From Mobula hypostoma (Eukaryota), in the NCBI RefSeq assembly GCF_963921235.1, contig NC_086100.1, forward strand, positions 60,946,001-61,010,000: a DNA stretch of 64,000 bases, written 5' to 3'. How positions within the stretch are numbered: the stretch's first letter is position 1; every line of letters starts with the position of its first letter. Made by a program: the position numbers and the translations under genes. Positions 53,601 through 64,000 of this stretch are shown in pieces. A model generated the notes under the pieces. That model worked only from the letters and a program-made list of their open reading frames with translations, was not told the origin of the DNA and did not search any database.

Positions 53601-54775
53601 TTGTAGATAAAGGGAATTTTTGGAAGCATTTACAAATAAGACATTGCATTAGTAGCATATTTAAGAACGGTGACCCACAAAGTAACTCTAACTGAATACT
53701 TTACATTACCACAGGAAGTTCATAAAGCATCAGTGTTTTATAAAATGTCCAAGCACTCTGTGGGTGAATCGCGTAAACAATCTCAAAGCAGTATGGCAGA
53801 AGGATCTAGGAAGCCATATTGAAGATAATGAGTGGTCAAATATTTTATCAAATGTGGGTAGACATATTAGGGAAGCGAGAAGGAAATTTATTCAGTGTAA
53901 GATAGTACACAGATATTATTGGACACCAACTAGACTCTACAAAATGGGGATTGTTGATGATAATTTATGCTGGAAATGTAAAAACGAGGTGGGCACATAT
54001 TTTCACATGATTTGGGAGTGTTCCATGGTTCTTCCATTTTGATGTAAAGTTCTTGAATTGTTGGGGAATTGGTCGGGTTCCACACTGCCCTTGTGCTCAT
54101 GGCTTTGTCTCTTCGGTGATAGGGCAATGATACCTAATGTAAACATTGACAAATTTACTATTTTAAAGGTGGGTCTCATCACAGTTGTAAGAATTATATT
54201 GCAAAATTGGAAAAAAAAACCCAGAAGTCCCACTGTGAAGGAATGGACTGAGGAAATGATTAAGATTTCATCATATGACCATATGTTGGGAAGAATTAAC
54301 AGTGAGGGAAAAGTGCAAGGCGTGGGATCAATTTTGGTTGTATGTTAATTTAAACTTAAATTAGAACTTCTTTCTGTCTCTAAGTTTTATTTGTTTTCCT
54401 GTCATGGGATGGCTGTGTAAATATGCTGTACTGTACCTGCTCTATGATATGCTGTGCTGCTTTGTAAAATAAGAATAAATAATAATAAAAATTTGAATTT
54501 TAAAACAAGAGATGAGGTGAAGCTTCTTTAGCCAGAGGGTAATGAATATGGAATTCATTACCACAGGCAGCCGTGGAAGCCAGGTCATTGGGAGTATTTA
54601 AGGTAGAGGTAGATAGGTTCTTGATTAGTCAGGGTGTGAAAGGTTACGTGGAGGAGGCAGGAAAATGGAGTTGGGAGGGAAAATGGATTACGTATGATGA
54701 AATGGTGGAGCAGACCCAATGGGCTGAATTGCCCAATTCTGCTCCCATGTGTCTCTTATGGTCTTATACAATTTT
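50700..54775 (+). mobile_element. Decayed CR1 sequences (ORF1 remnants, ORF2, 3' UTR), interrupted by an L1-clade fragment
   Basis: GKSCLTNLLEFFEE, VYLDFKK, VDDTKIGG; 3' UTR ending cttatggtctta. Confidence 0.85.
53126..54507 (+). mobile_element. 5'-truncated L1-clade LINE (ORF2 C-terminus and 3' UTR)
   Basis: GGLSLPDIRVY; CCHC knuckle CWKCKNEVGTYFHMIWEC; AATAAA and A-rich tail; 16 bp TSD agagatgaggtgaagc. Confidence 0.9.
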
Positions 54776-54779
54776 AATA

Positions 54780-55740
54780 TAACATGCCAACTCCTGCACT
54801 CAAAACATTGATTTATGAAAGCCAATGAGCCAAAAGCTTTCTTTATGACAGTATCAATCTGTGATGCCACATTTATGGAATTATGGATCCATACTCCCAT
54901 ATCCCTCTGTTCTGCCACACTCCTTAGTGACCTACCTCTCATCGTGTAATATCTCCCCTGGGTTAGTCCTCCCAAAATACAACACCCTCACACTTGTCTG
55001 CATTAAATTCCATTTGCCATTTTTCAGCCCATTTTTCCAGCTGGGCTGAAACCCACTGCAAGTTTTACTAGTCTTCCTCGCTGTCACTCCCAATCTGGTT
55101 CCGGCCCGAAATGTCGACCGATCTTTTCCATGGATGCTGCCCGGCCTGCTGAGTTCCTCCAGCGTGTTGTGAGTGTCACACTCCCAATCTTATTGTCATC
55201 AGCAAATTTGACCTAGTCTACCACATTATCATCCAGATCATTGTTATAGATGACAAAAAACAATCCCCGCAGCACAGCACTAGTCACAGGCCTCTAGTCA
55301 GTGAGGCTACCATCTACAGCTATTCTCTGGCTTCTTCTGCAAAGCCAATGTCTAATCCAATTTACTATCTCCTCTCAAATGGCAAGCAAATGAACCTTAT
55401 TAACCCTGTCAAAGGCCATCTAAACAATATCCACTGCCTTGCCTTCATCAACTTGCCTCCTCAAAAACTCTTAAGATTGGTTACACAACCTAACACACTC
55501 AAAGATATGTTGATTACACCCATTTAGATGCTGTCTTATAGATCCAGCCCCTCAAAATCCCTTCCAATAATTTACTTATTATCAACACCACTCTCACCAG
55601 CCAATAATTTCCAAGCTTATTCTTGGAGCCTTTCTTGAAGAAAGGAACTTTAGCTAACCCTCAGTCCTCCAGTACTTCACGTGTGGCTAAGGATATTTTA
55701 AATACTTCCGAGGGTCCCTGTAATTTCTGTGCAAGCCTGC
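54780..55740 (-). mobile_element. CR1 RT fragment, minus strand
   Basis: QRDMGVWIHNS...KKAFGSLAFI remnants. Confidence 0.8.
55097..55178 (+). mobile_element. 82 bp Penelope pLTR fragment
   Basis: 12 bp TSD cactcccaatct; begins inside hammerhead stem II. Confidence 0.8.
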
Positions 55741-56038
55741 CACGGGGGGGGGGGGGGGGGAGAAGGAGGAGACAGGAAATCACTGAAAAGTATCAAATAG
55801 TGAAAGGCCAAGATAGAGCGAACATGGAGAGAATGTAATTGGTGGGAGTGTCTAGAACCAGGGGTACAGTCTCTGAAGGACGTCACGTTAGAACTGAAAT
55901 AAGGAAGAATTTCTTTAGTCAGATGGTGGTGAATGGGTGAAATTCATTGCCACAGACAGTTGTGGAGGCTAAGACATTTGGTATATTTAAATTGAGGTTG
56001 ATAGGGTCTTGATTATTAAGGGCATCAAAGGTTAAGAA

Positions 56039-56192
56039 NNNNNNNNNNNNNNNNNNNNNNNNNNNNNNNNNNNNNNNNNNNNNNNNNNNNNNNNNNNNNN
56101 NNNNNNNNNNNNNNNNNNNNNNNNNNNNNNNNNNNNNNNNNNNNNNNNNNNNNNNNNNNNNNNNNNNNNNNNNNNNNNNNNNNNNNNNNNNN
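56039..56192. other. Assembly gap (154 N) within a CR1 3' end
   Basis: N run; CR1 3' UTR sequence on both sides. Confidence 0.99.
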
Positions 56193-56685
56193 GAATGGCA
56201 GAGCACATTCCATGGCTTAATTAGGCTCCTACAATGTACATCCTTAAATATTTAAAATCATGTTCTTAGTATTTGAAATCATTGCCTTCAGACTGAATAG
56301 AGAAAGAAAAATGGTAAATGGTGACTGGGAAATTCATCAAATGGCAAGGACAACTTTAAAAAAAATGAAAGCAGCAGATGTTAAGAATTTAGCATGCACA
56401 ACCAGAGGAATAGTTGAAACAGATTCATTCATCCAAGCATTCAAAAGGGAACTGGCAAGTACTGGAATGCAAAATAGACAACCCTGGACAAAGAATAGGG
56501 ACTAGGATTTGTCACAATGTTCTTGGGATGATTTTGGAGAAAGACAAATTTTTTAGCTCCAATTGGATAAGCATAAATGGTTCCATGCAAGATTACTCTA
56601 GAGTTCATTAGAGAATTAGAAGATGATGGCACTGTCACATTTAAAGCTACAAGAATTAAGGATACTATAACCCTTAGGGATTATA

Positions 56686-57150
56686 CGAGGGGTGATTGAT
56701 AAGTCTGTGGCCTAAGGTAGAAGGAGACAATTTTAGAAAACCTAGCACGTTTATTTTTCAACATAGTCCCCTCCTACATGTACACACTTAGTCCAGCGAT
56801 CGTGGAGCATACGGATCCCTTCTCTATAGAAGTTGGTGTCTTGGACCTCCAGAAAGTGGTCCACAGCAGGGGTGATTGATAAGTCTGTAGCCTAAGGTGA
56901 GATAGTAACAGAGTTGAACTGCACGTGCATGTAACAAGAGCTGTATAACCCATCTCCTTCTACCCAAGGCCATGAACTTATCAATCATCCCTGCTGTGGA
57001 CTGCCTGGAGGCCCAAGGCGCTCTCGTTACATGTACGTGCAGTTCAACTCTTTGAGTGATAATGCAGAAAGTTTGAAGTTAATAACTCATCTCCTTCTAC
57101 ATTAGGCCACGAACTTATCAATCACCCCTGCTGTGGACCACTTCTACAAA
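56686..57150. mobile_element. Second copy of the mariner-derived MITE, internally rearranged and right-truncated
   Basis: TA followed by CGAGGGGTGATTGATAAG; same arm as 1037-1190; two forward and two reverse TIR modules. Confidence 0.85.
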
Positions 57151-57513
57151 TGTCTCACAGAGCTCATTCCTTCATTTATTTTCCAATAACCAATTTTCTC
57201 CATTTTTCTGTCAATTCTCCAGATTCTTTTAGGCATTAGGGGTAATTAACAGTGGCCAATGGTGTACCAACTGGGAAACGTGGAAATGCCAGAGACTGTA
57301 GCAGAGATTAGGACTGCTGGGGCTGAGGATGCAGATCTACTAGCCGCATCAGTCTGCTATCCTAAGAGTTGCCACTTTTGAATCTAATCCATCATTCAAC
57401 AAGACATGTGGCAAATTTTCCAGCTCAGCTTTATTTTCCTGAACTAACCATATTTGCCTCAATTCCCCCAATATTCAAAAACCAGGCTCTTTCTGCTCTG
57501 AACAATGACCAAA

Positions 57514-58394
57514 ACACAAAATACTCTGCAGATGCTGGGGTCAAAGTAACACTCACAACTCGCTGGAGGAACTCAGCAGGTCGGGCAGCATCCATGGAAA
57601 TGATCAGTCAACGTTTCGGGCCAGAACCCTAAATCAGGACTGAAGAGGGAAGGGGCAGAGGCCCTATAAAGAAGGTGGGAAGGAGAAGGCTGGTAGGTTC
57701 CAGGTGAAAAACCGGTAAGGGGAAAGATAAAGGAGTGGGGGAGGGGAAGCAGGGAGGTGATAGGCAGGAAAGGTGAAGAAGGAATAGAGGAAAGCACAGT
57801 GGGTAGTAGGAGAGGCGGAACCATGAGGGAGGTAGTAGGCAGCTGGGGGAGGGGGCAGAGTGAAATAGGGATAGGAGAAGGGAATTACCGGAAGTTGGAG
57901 AATTCAATGTTCATACATGATCTCCTCTCCTCTACTGTCATGATGAGGCTAAACTCAGGTTGGAGCAGCAACACCTCATATACCCTCTAGGTAGTCTCCA
58001 GCCCCTTGGTATGAACATAAAATTCTCCAACTTCCGGTAGTTCCCTCCCCCCATCCCTATCCCTATTTCACCCTGCCCCCTCCCCCAGCTGCCTACTACC
58101 TTCCTTATGGTTCCGCCTCCTCCTGCTACCAATCGTGTTTTCCCCTATTCCTTCTTCACCTTTCCTGCCCATCACCTCCCTGCTTCCTCTGCCTCACCCC
58201 TTATCTTTCCCCTTACTGGTTTTTCACCTGGAACCTACCAGCCTTCTCCTTCCCACCCTCCCCCCCACCTTCTTTATAGGGCCTCTGCCGCTTCCCTCTT
58301 CAGTCCTGATGAAGGGTTCCAACCCGAATCGTTGACTGATCATTTCCACGGATGCTGCCTGACCTGCTGAGTTCCTCCAGTGTGTTCTGAGTGA
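57514..58394. mobile_element. Penelope-like insertion: inverted pLTR + GIY-YIG C-terminal remnant + pLTR (~390 bp arms)
   Basis: 13 bp TSD aacaatgaccaaa; spacer encodes HDEAKLRLEQQHLIYPLGSLQPLGMNIKFSNFR*; hammerhead motifs on both arms. Confidence 0.92.
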
Positions 58395-59017
58395 AACAAT
58401 GACCAAATCTCCCAGCTCTTTCGTTAGTGAACTCTTTGTACAAAACAATTGAATAGTGTTTAGCAACTGCTGAATTAGTAGTTTTTGCTGCTTTTAGCTA
58501 CTGTCAGTTTTGAATTTTTCAGAAAGCTTCTGTATCCTTCTGAGTAACACACAAATTAAGAGGTGTCAGAACACATTCACCATCAGGAGTCCCAAGATTT
58601 ATTTTTCGTCCACCCCCTTACTGACCATTATGATAGCTTTTTTTTTTACCCAATGAAATGCTCTGTTAATGAAAACAGAAGTTAGATCAATATTGCTTTG
58701 TTCTACTAAATACAGATTTGGTAAAGTAGATCAGGAAAAGGCAAACCTTATGTCATCCTTGCAAAAAATGTTTTCGGTTGACATTATATCATTTTACTTT
58801 TGTTTTTAATTCAGCTGAATATTGAAATAAAAACCAAATCTAACAAATCAAAAGTCCTGTAATAATTTGGAACCAAACTCCAGTTGTGGTAACAAGGTCA
58901 AAGTCGTGGACTGCACTTGAATCATATTAGGTTGCAGTTTATGTTAATAAATGTTCTACACAAAATATCCACAAATGAAATCAAGACAGCAACTCTTAGA
59001 ATATGTTCATGACTTAC

Positions 59018-59158
59018 TTTTCAAGTTGTTTCAAAGCATTATTTTTGACCTTTATATCTTCTGCAAGTGTGGCGCTTTTATCACGTGTACCCTTGGTCTC
59101 ATCATGAATATTTTGCTTTTGTACCTTCATATCAGCAATCCTTCTTTGCACGTCATGG
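59018..59158 (-). CDS. SMC4: SMC4 exon, N-terminal coiled coil (HDVQRRIADMKVQKQNIHDETK...LKQLE)
   Basis: cag/gtaagt sites; 141 nt, phase 2/2; aligns by eye to human YELQKRIAEMETQKEKIHEDTK. Confidence 0.92.
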
Positions 59159-59415
59159 CTGATGAGAGTTTAGAGGTGGACGAGGAGAGTAAAATATCAA
59201 AAACTAAAGTCAAGATTGAGGATCAAACACGAATATCAAGCAGCACCGAACAATTTTAATAAGAAATGATAAAGATGGCTAGTTACTAACATATGTACTT
59301 GCATCACTATCAGTACAATAGGAATTAACAGAAAAAGCAATCTAGTATTAGAAAATTCATTGTTAAAATAGATTGGAGAACAGCAAATTATGATAGAAGT
59401 CATTAAAGGACATAC

Positions 59416-59543
59416 ATATAGTACTGCAAAACACAATTCTTCTTCTTCACAATTTCATTTTCCAATGCAAGAAACTCAAGCGCATGATTTTTCTCTCCTT
59501 CCAAGGCATCTTTTTCTTTTTCCACCATCTTGACTCTATTAAG
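59416..59543 (-). CDS. SMC4: SMC4 exon (LNRVKMVEKEKDALEGEKNHALEFLALENE...QYY)
   Basis: Manual translation matches SMC4; tag/gtatgt splice sites; 128 nt, phase 0/2. Confidence 0.95.
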
Positions 59544-59764
59544 CTAATGCAAGAAGTTTAACATGGTCAAATTGCATTTTATGCAAAAGATTCAATTATA
59601 ACAAGGAAAACTACAAATACATGGAAAGTTAAGTAAATTCGATCTCTGAACCAATTCACTTCCATGTAAAACATCCACTGGAAAAGAAAAATCATTTCTA
59701 AGCAAGGCTCTATTACATAGCTATACCTACGCAGCATGGCGACAATTGGGTAATGAAGTGAAAC

Positions 59765-59885
59765 TGGACCTTATGAAGGGTCTTGGCCTGAAATGTCAAC
59801 TGTATTCCTCTTCATATATGCTGCCTGACTTGCCAAGTTCCTTCAGCATTTTGTGCGTTGGTCAAGATTTCTAGCATCTTGTTTG
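59765..59885 (+). mobile_element. Penelope pLTR fragment starting at a degenerate hammerhead
   Basis: cttatgaagggtcttggcctgaaatgtcaactg...cagcattttgtgcgtt. Confidence 0.75.
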
Positions 59886-60993
59886 TAACTGGCTAATTTA
59901 CCCATCACATCACCAAAAAGCAATAGTCAAAATTCATTTTACACAGACATTTCACACCCCCATTCCCTTTGCTCTGGTCCAGAAATTCACCCCCAAAAAG
60001 TGGTACAGTCAAGTTGAAAATAAGCTTAATCTGCAAGAGCAACATTCCAGCTCTTGGGAAATACAACCTATCTAAATTCTACCCAAAGTGAAAATGACCT
60101 ATGCACTGCCCTCAGTCCACAGGATTAGGTAGAGTGGGCTTAGAATTTGTTTCTGTATTTTATACTTTACCACAGACTGTATTTCTTATATAAATGTCAA
60201 CTAATGGTTCTCAAGGTTACTCCTTGCGGCATCCAGCTCAAAGACTATGCTTCCTGAATATTACCAGCCCTTATATCTCCTCCGATTATTCCAGTATCCC
60301 TTGTGAAAGCAACAACATCCCTCCACAGATACCATCACAACTGTGAACGTATGTGTAATTACAAATTTGCAATTGAATAATTTTCAGCAATGTGCCAAAA
60401 CCCTGACACTGCCATGCTGCCCAAGGAACCCCAACAATGTTACTCTGCGAATCTCAAAACTTGTCTCATAGGAAACATTTCTTAAGGCACCCTCGCCTAC
60501 CAAGTCCTGTCTCAAAGTACTAAAGAAATCTTCAGCCCTGGTCTTGAATGGACTTACTGCAAATTATACATTCTGCCCCAACTCCAATTCACTGGATGAC
60601 ATGGTGTTCTCAATATACAACCTACCTCACTGAGACACTATATTGCCTTCCACAGAATAAGATTTATGGTATACAACCCAAAGTGGGATGAGCCCCAAGC
60701 ATTGAAGATATCAAACTAGCTTTGTCACTAACATACATTGCAGAAAGCACCTCCACTTCTTTGGACAAATCAACCATCCAAGTTTCATGCTTTTCATGAC
60801 ACACAAACGGTGACATTTCATGAATGCTACCATGATTTACAACAATTAAATCATGTGCATCGTTAGGTAAAATGCTGCACATAACACTAAAGCAAATTAT
60901 TTAATTTAGAATTAAATATTTTAATGAATTACCCAATCCCAAAAAATTGCCAGTGCTTAAACTTCCAGGAAAAAACCAGCGTACTAGTAGCAA

Positions 60994-61493
60994 ACAGGAA
61001 TTCTGCGGATGCTGGAAATTCAAGCAACACACATCAAAATTGCTGGTGAACGCAGCAGGCCAGGCAACATCTCTAGGAAGAGGTACAGTCGACGTTTCAG
61101 GCCGAGACCCTTCGTCAGGACTAACTGAAGAGCTAGTAAGAGATTTGAAAGTGGGAGAGGGAGGGGGAGATTCAAAATGATAGGAGAAGACAGGAGGGGG
61201 AGGGATGGAGCCAAGAGCTGGACAGGTGATTGGCAAAGGGGATATGAGAGGATCATGGGACAGGAGGTCCAGGGAGAAAGACAAGGGGGGAGGGGGGGAA
61301 CCCAGAGGATGGGCAAGGGGTATAGTCAGAGGGACAGAGGGAGAAAAAGGAGAGTGAGAGAAAGAATGCATGTATAAAAATAAATAACGGATGGGGTACG
61401 AGGGGGAGGTGGGGCATAGCCGGTAACGTCGACTGTACCTCTTCCTAGAGATGCTGCCTGGTCTGCTGCGTTCACCAGCAACTTTGATGTGTG
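60994..61493 (-). mobile_element. Penelope-like pLTR with short inverted arm
   Basis: Perfect 13 bp TSD gtactagtagcaa; right arm ~61426-61493 is the inverse of ~61025-61096. Confidence 0.9.
61086..61123 (-). ncRNA. Minimal type I hammerhead ribozyme motif (PLE-type)
   Basis: UAGUC-CUGACGA-A-GGGU(CUCG)GCCU-GAAA-C-GUC/GACUG: intact core boxes, 5 bp stem I, 4 bp stem II, palindromic ACGU stem III. Confidence 0.75.
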
Positions 61494-61573
61494 GTACTAG
61501 TAGCAATATTATCCACAGCTTATTTTACATTTTAAAACGTCACATTTATTTTCTCAAGTAATTTGAAATTCAC

Positions 61574-61738
61574 CTTTTCTCCCCTCTGTTCATTTAAAAT
61601 TTCAACTCTGCGACAGAGGATCTGAATTGGCTCTTTGAGTCGCCCTGATCCAATTATATCTTCCAGATATTCTAACATACCCTCATCATGCTCGTTTTGA
61701 CCTTTTGGCTTCATCATAGCAATTTGTTCCACTTCACC
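61574..61738 (-). CDS. SMC4: SMC4 coding exon (equivalent to human exon 6; GEVEQIAMMKPKG...EQRGEK)
   Basis: Near-identical to vertebrate SMC4 immediately after the Q-loop; AG acceptor 61740-61739, GT donor 61573-61572; 165 nt, phase 0/0. Confidence 0.97.
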
Positions 61739-63380
61739 CTACCAAAACAAAAAAAAAGCAAAGTATTCTTTAGTTTTATATTTCCAAAACATTTAGTATT
61801 AAAGTTTAACTGAAGCCCACTGCTACTTTTCGACGAACACTGAAGAAACCAATTAAAAATTAATTTGCATTTATTAAGATTCAGACCTCATTTAAAACAA
61901 AACATTAGTTTAAGTGCAAAACATGATCTGACCATAAAATGATACAATCACGTAAATGATTGGCTGAAAGATATGGCACAAAAAATAATTGAAAATATCA
62001 ATCGATTTTAAGATTTAAAGCATGGTTTCACCTCAATTTCTTTTGAATGGAATTACTAAACCTTAAAAGTGAATTAATCTCCACTGGTCATTTATTAAAA
62101 TCATTTATTATAATTGCTTGCATGTCAAAACCATACAAAAGTGAAGGAATAATTCTTAACTTACTACTCAGATGTAAAACTGGTATGATAGATAGTTTAC
62201 GCTCATCTTTTATTGAGGTTTTCTCCATTCTCAAGTGATCAATCCTGGACTGCACAAGTTGATTTTGGGTAGTGAGCATCAATTTCAGTGCAGAAAAGAT
62301 TTCGAATCTTTGACATAAACTGACATCAATGAACCCAAACAAACCCTAAATATTTATCCAAGTAGTATAGGATAGGAGGCAGCAAGTCTTTATTTTATTA
62401 TTATTCACACATTACAATTTGGGTAAATCATAAAATAAAAACCTGTCAGTTACTGCACTCAAATTTCCCTAAATTTTGTCAAGCACCATATAATAACGAA
62501 TTCAGTAGTTTTACACAAAATGTCACTATGCCTGCAATTAATTGGAAAAATACAAATGGTCATATAGAATGGCAGACAAAATACTCTTCTGTCTGAACAA
62601 AGGGAACTCTGTGATCTTTCCGTAAATAACCTTTGATAGAATGCAAAAAGATGCTGGCTAATATATAATAAATTAAGACATGAAGGTTTTCGAAACATGC
62701 AATATCCTATCTATAACACTATTACATATAGTGCAAAACCGTGTCCAAAATGGACATGAAATCTCAAATGAACTCCTTTTGCCAAATGTAGTGTACACCC
62801 AACATTAAAGTCTGCATACCTGTATTTGTTTTAGTTATCTTCCAGCCATCTTGCAGATCACTGATCCTGCAATTGCCATTTTAACAAAAAGCACCTACAT
62901 GTATAATATGCGCACGGAACTCCCAAGTTGTTTGCAAGAATACCCGTAATAGCACCAAAATACAAGAATACTTGGGATAAAACTGTCAATTAAGAGACTA
63001 TGAAAGGCAAGGCATTGTTAGTTATGTAAACTCAGGCCTGCTTAGAAATATCAATGGTACCAACTTAAATGTAAATAAAAGGTCCTGTTAATCACATCAG
63101 ACAACAAATAATCCAGCAGGAAAAAAGTCAAATTTTTAGAACCATCAACATAAAACTGAAAATTTCATTGGTAACTTAAAATAGCCAGAGAGCAAAGAAA
63201 CAATCAGAGCTGGGGAATGGGTTGAAAACCAGTCTAATTACCAAGCATGTTTCAGACCCCATTAATGTAATAATGGGCACAAGAAATGAAGTTGTAATCC
63301 TCATATGTCCTTTATAATATTGCTGTGCAAGATAGTCACATTCAAATCCTTACAGGTCTCAACATAGCCTAACTGTGGTT

Positions 63381-64000
63381 AGAAACATAGAAAACCTACA
63401 GCACAATACAGGCCCTTCGGACGACAGGGTTGTGCCGAACATGTCCCTACCTTAGAAATTACTAGACTTACCTATAGCCCTCTATTTTTCTAAGCTCCAT
63501 GTACCTATCTAAAAGTCTCTTAAAAGACCCTATTGTATCCACCACCACCACCACCGTTGCTGGCAGCCCATTCCACGCACTCACCACTCTGAGTGAAAAA
63601 CTTACCCCTGAAACTTCCTCTGTACCTACTCCCCAGCAGCTTAAACCTGTGTCCTTCTGTGGCAACCATTTCAGCCCTGGGAAAAAGCCTCTGACTATCC
63701 ACACGATCAATGCCTCTCATCATCTTATACACCTCTATCAGGTCACCTCTCATCCTCCGTTGCTCCAAGGAGAAAACGCCAAGTTCGCTCAACCTATTCT
63801 GATAAGGTATGCTTCCCCCCAATCCAGGCAACATCCTTGTAAATCTCCTTTGCTTCTATGGCTTCCACATACTTCCTTTAGTGAGGCGACTAGAACTGAG
63901 CACAGTACTCCAAGTGGGGTCTGACCAGGGTCCTATATAGCTGCAACATTACCCCTTGGCTCCTAAATTCAATTCCACGATTGATGAAGGCCAATACACC
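63381..64000 (-). mobile_element. CR1 LINE 3' end (continues beyond window)
   Basis: RRMRGDLIEVYKMMRGIDRV...; (TTTCTATG)-type tail at 63381. Confidence 0.92.

Noticed and set aside
53119-54348. Chain of + strand ORFs as a nested host gene
   Set aside because: Frameshifted L1-clade ORF2 C-terminus with TSD and A-rich tail
55919-56213. ORFs spanning the N run
   Set aside because: Artefacts of the assembly gap
62088-62342. ORF with SRIDHLR as a possible upstream SMC4 exon
   Set aside because: Does not match the expected GIDLDHNRFLILQ or upstream SMC4 sequence
61739-64000. miR-15b/miR-16-2 cluster expected in this SMC4 intron
   Set aside because: No TAGCAGCAC seed (gtgctgcta on +) found in this interval; by human position the cluster would be near the upstream exon, outside the window

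Overview
Eukaryotic (vertebrate) genomic DNA. The window holds the last 19 coding exons of SMC4 (condensin ATPase subunit) on the minus strand, from the exon just after the Q-loop (61738) to the stop codon (2689). All introns are GT-AG and phase-compatible. The exons sum to 3195 nt (1064 aa plus stop), matching human SMC4 from about residue 230 to the C-terminus; the 5' exons lie beyond 64000. The introns are packed with nested, mostly decayed mobile elements: CR1 LINEs, Rex1/Babar and L1-clade fragments, Penelope-like elements (PLEs) with hammerhead-ribozyme motifs, Tc1, mariner, pogo/Tigger and hAT elements, and three solo LTRs. The repeat repertoire suggests a cartilaginous fish, probably a ray (inference). 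Most notable: (i) the SMC4 ABC signature reads ISGGE instead of the near-invariant LSGGE; (ii) an intact minimal hammerhead motif lies in the SMC4 sense strand about 450 nt into an intron; (iii) a ~2.9 kb inverted pair of Tigger-like elements, each independently hit by the same SINE-like family; (iv) a mariner-derived MITE built from two transposon 3' ends with four TIR copies. I see no convincing wholly new protein-coding system. Repeat family names come from motif recognition, not database searches, and boundaries of decayed repeats are approximate.
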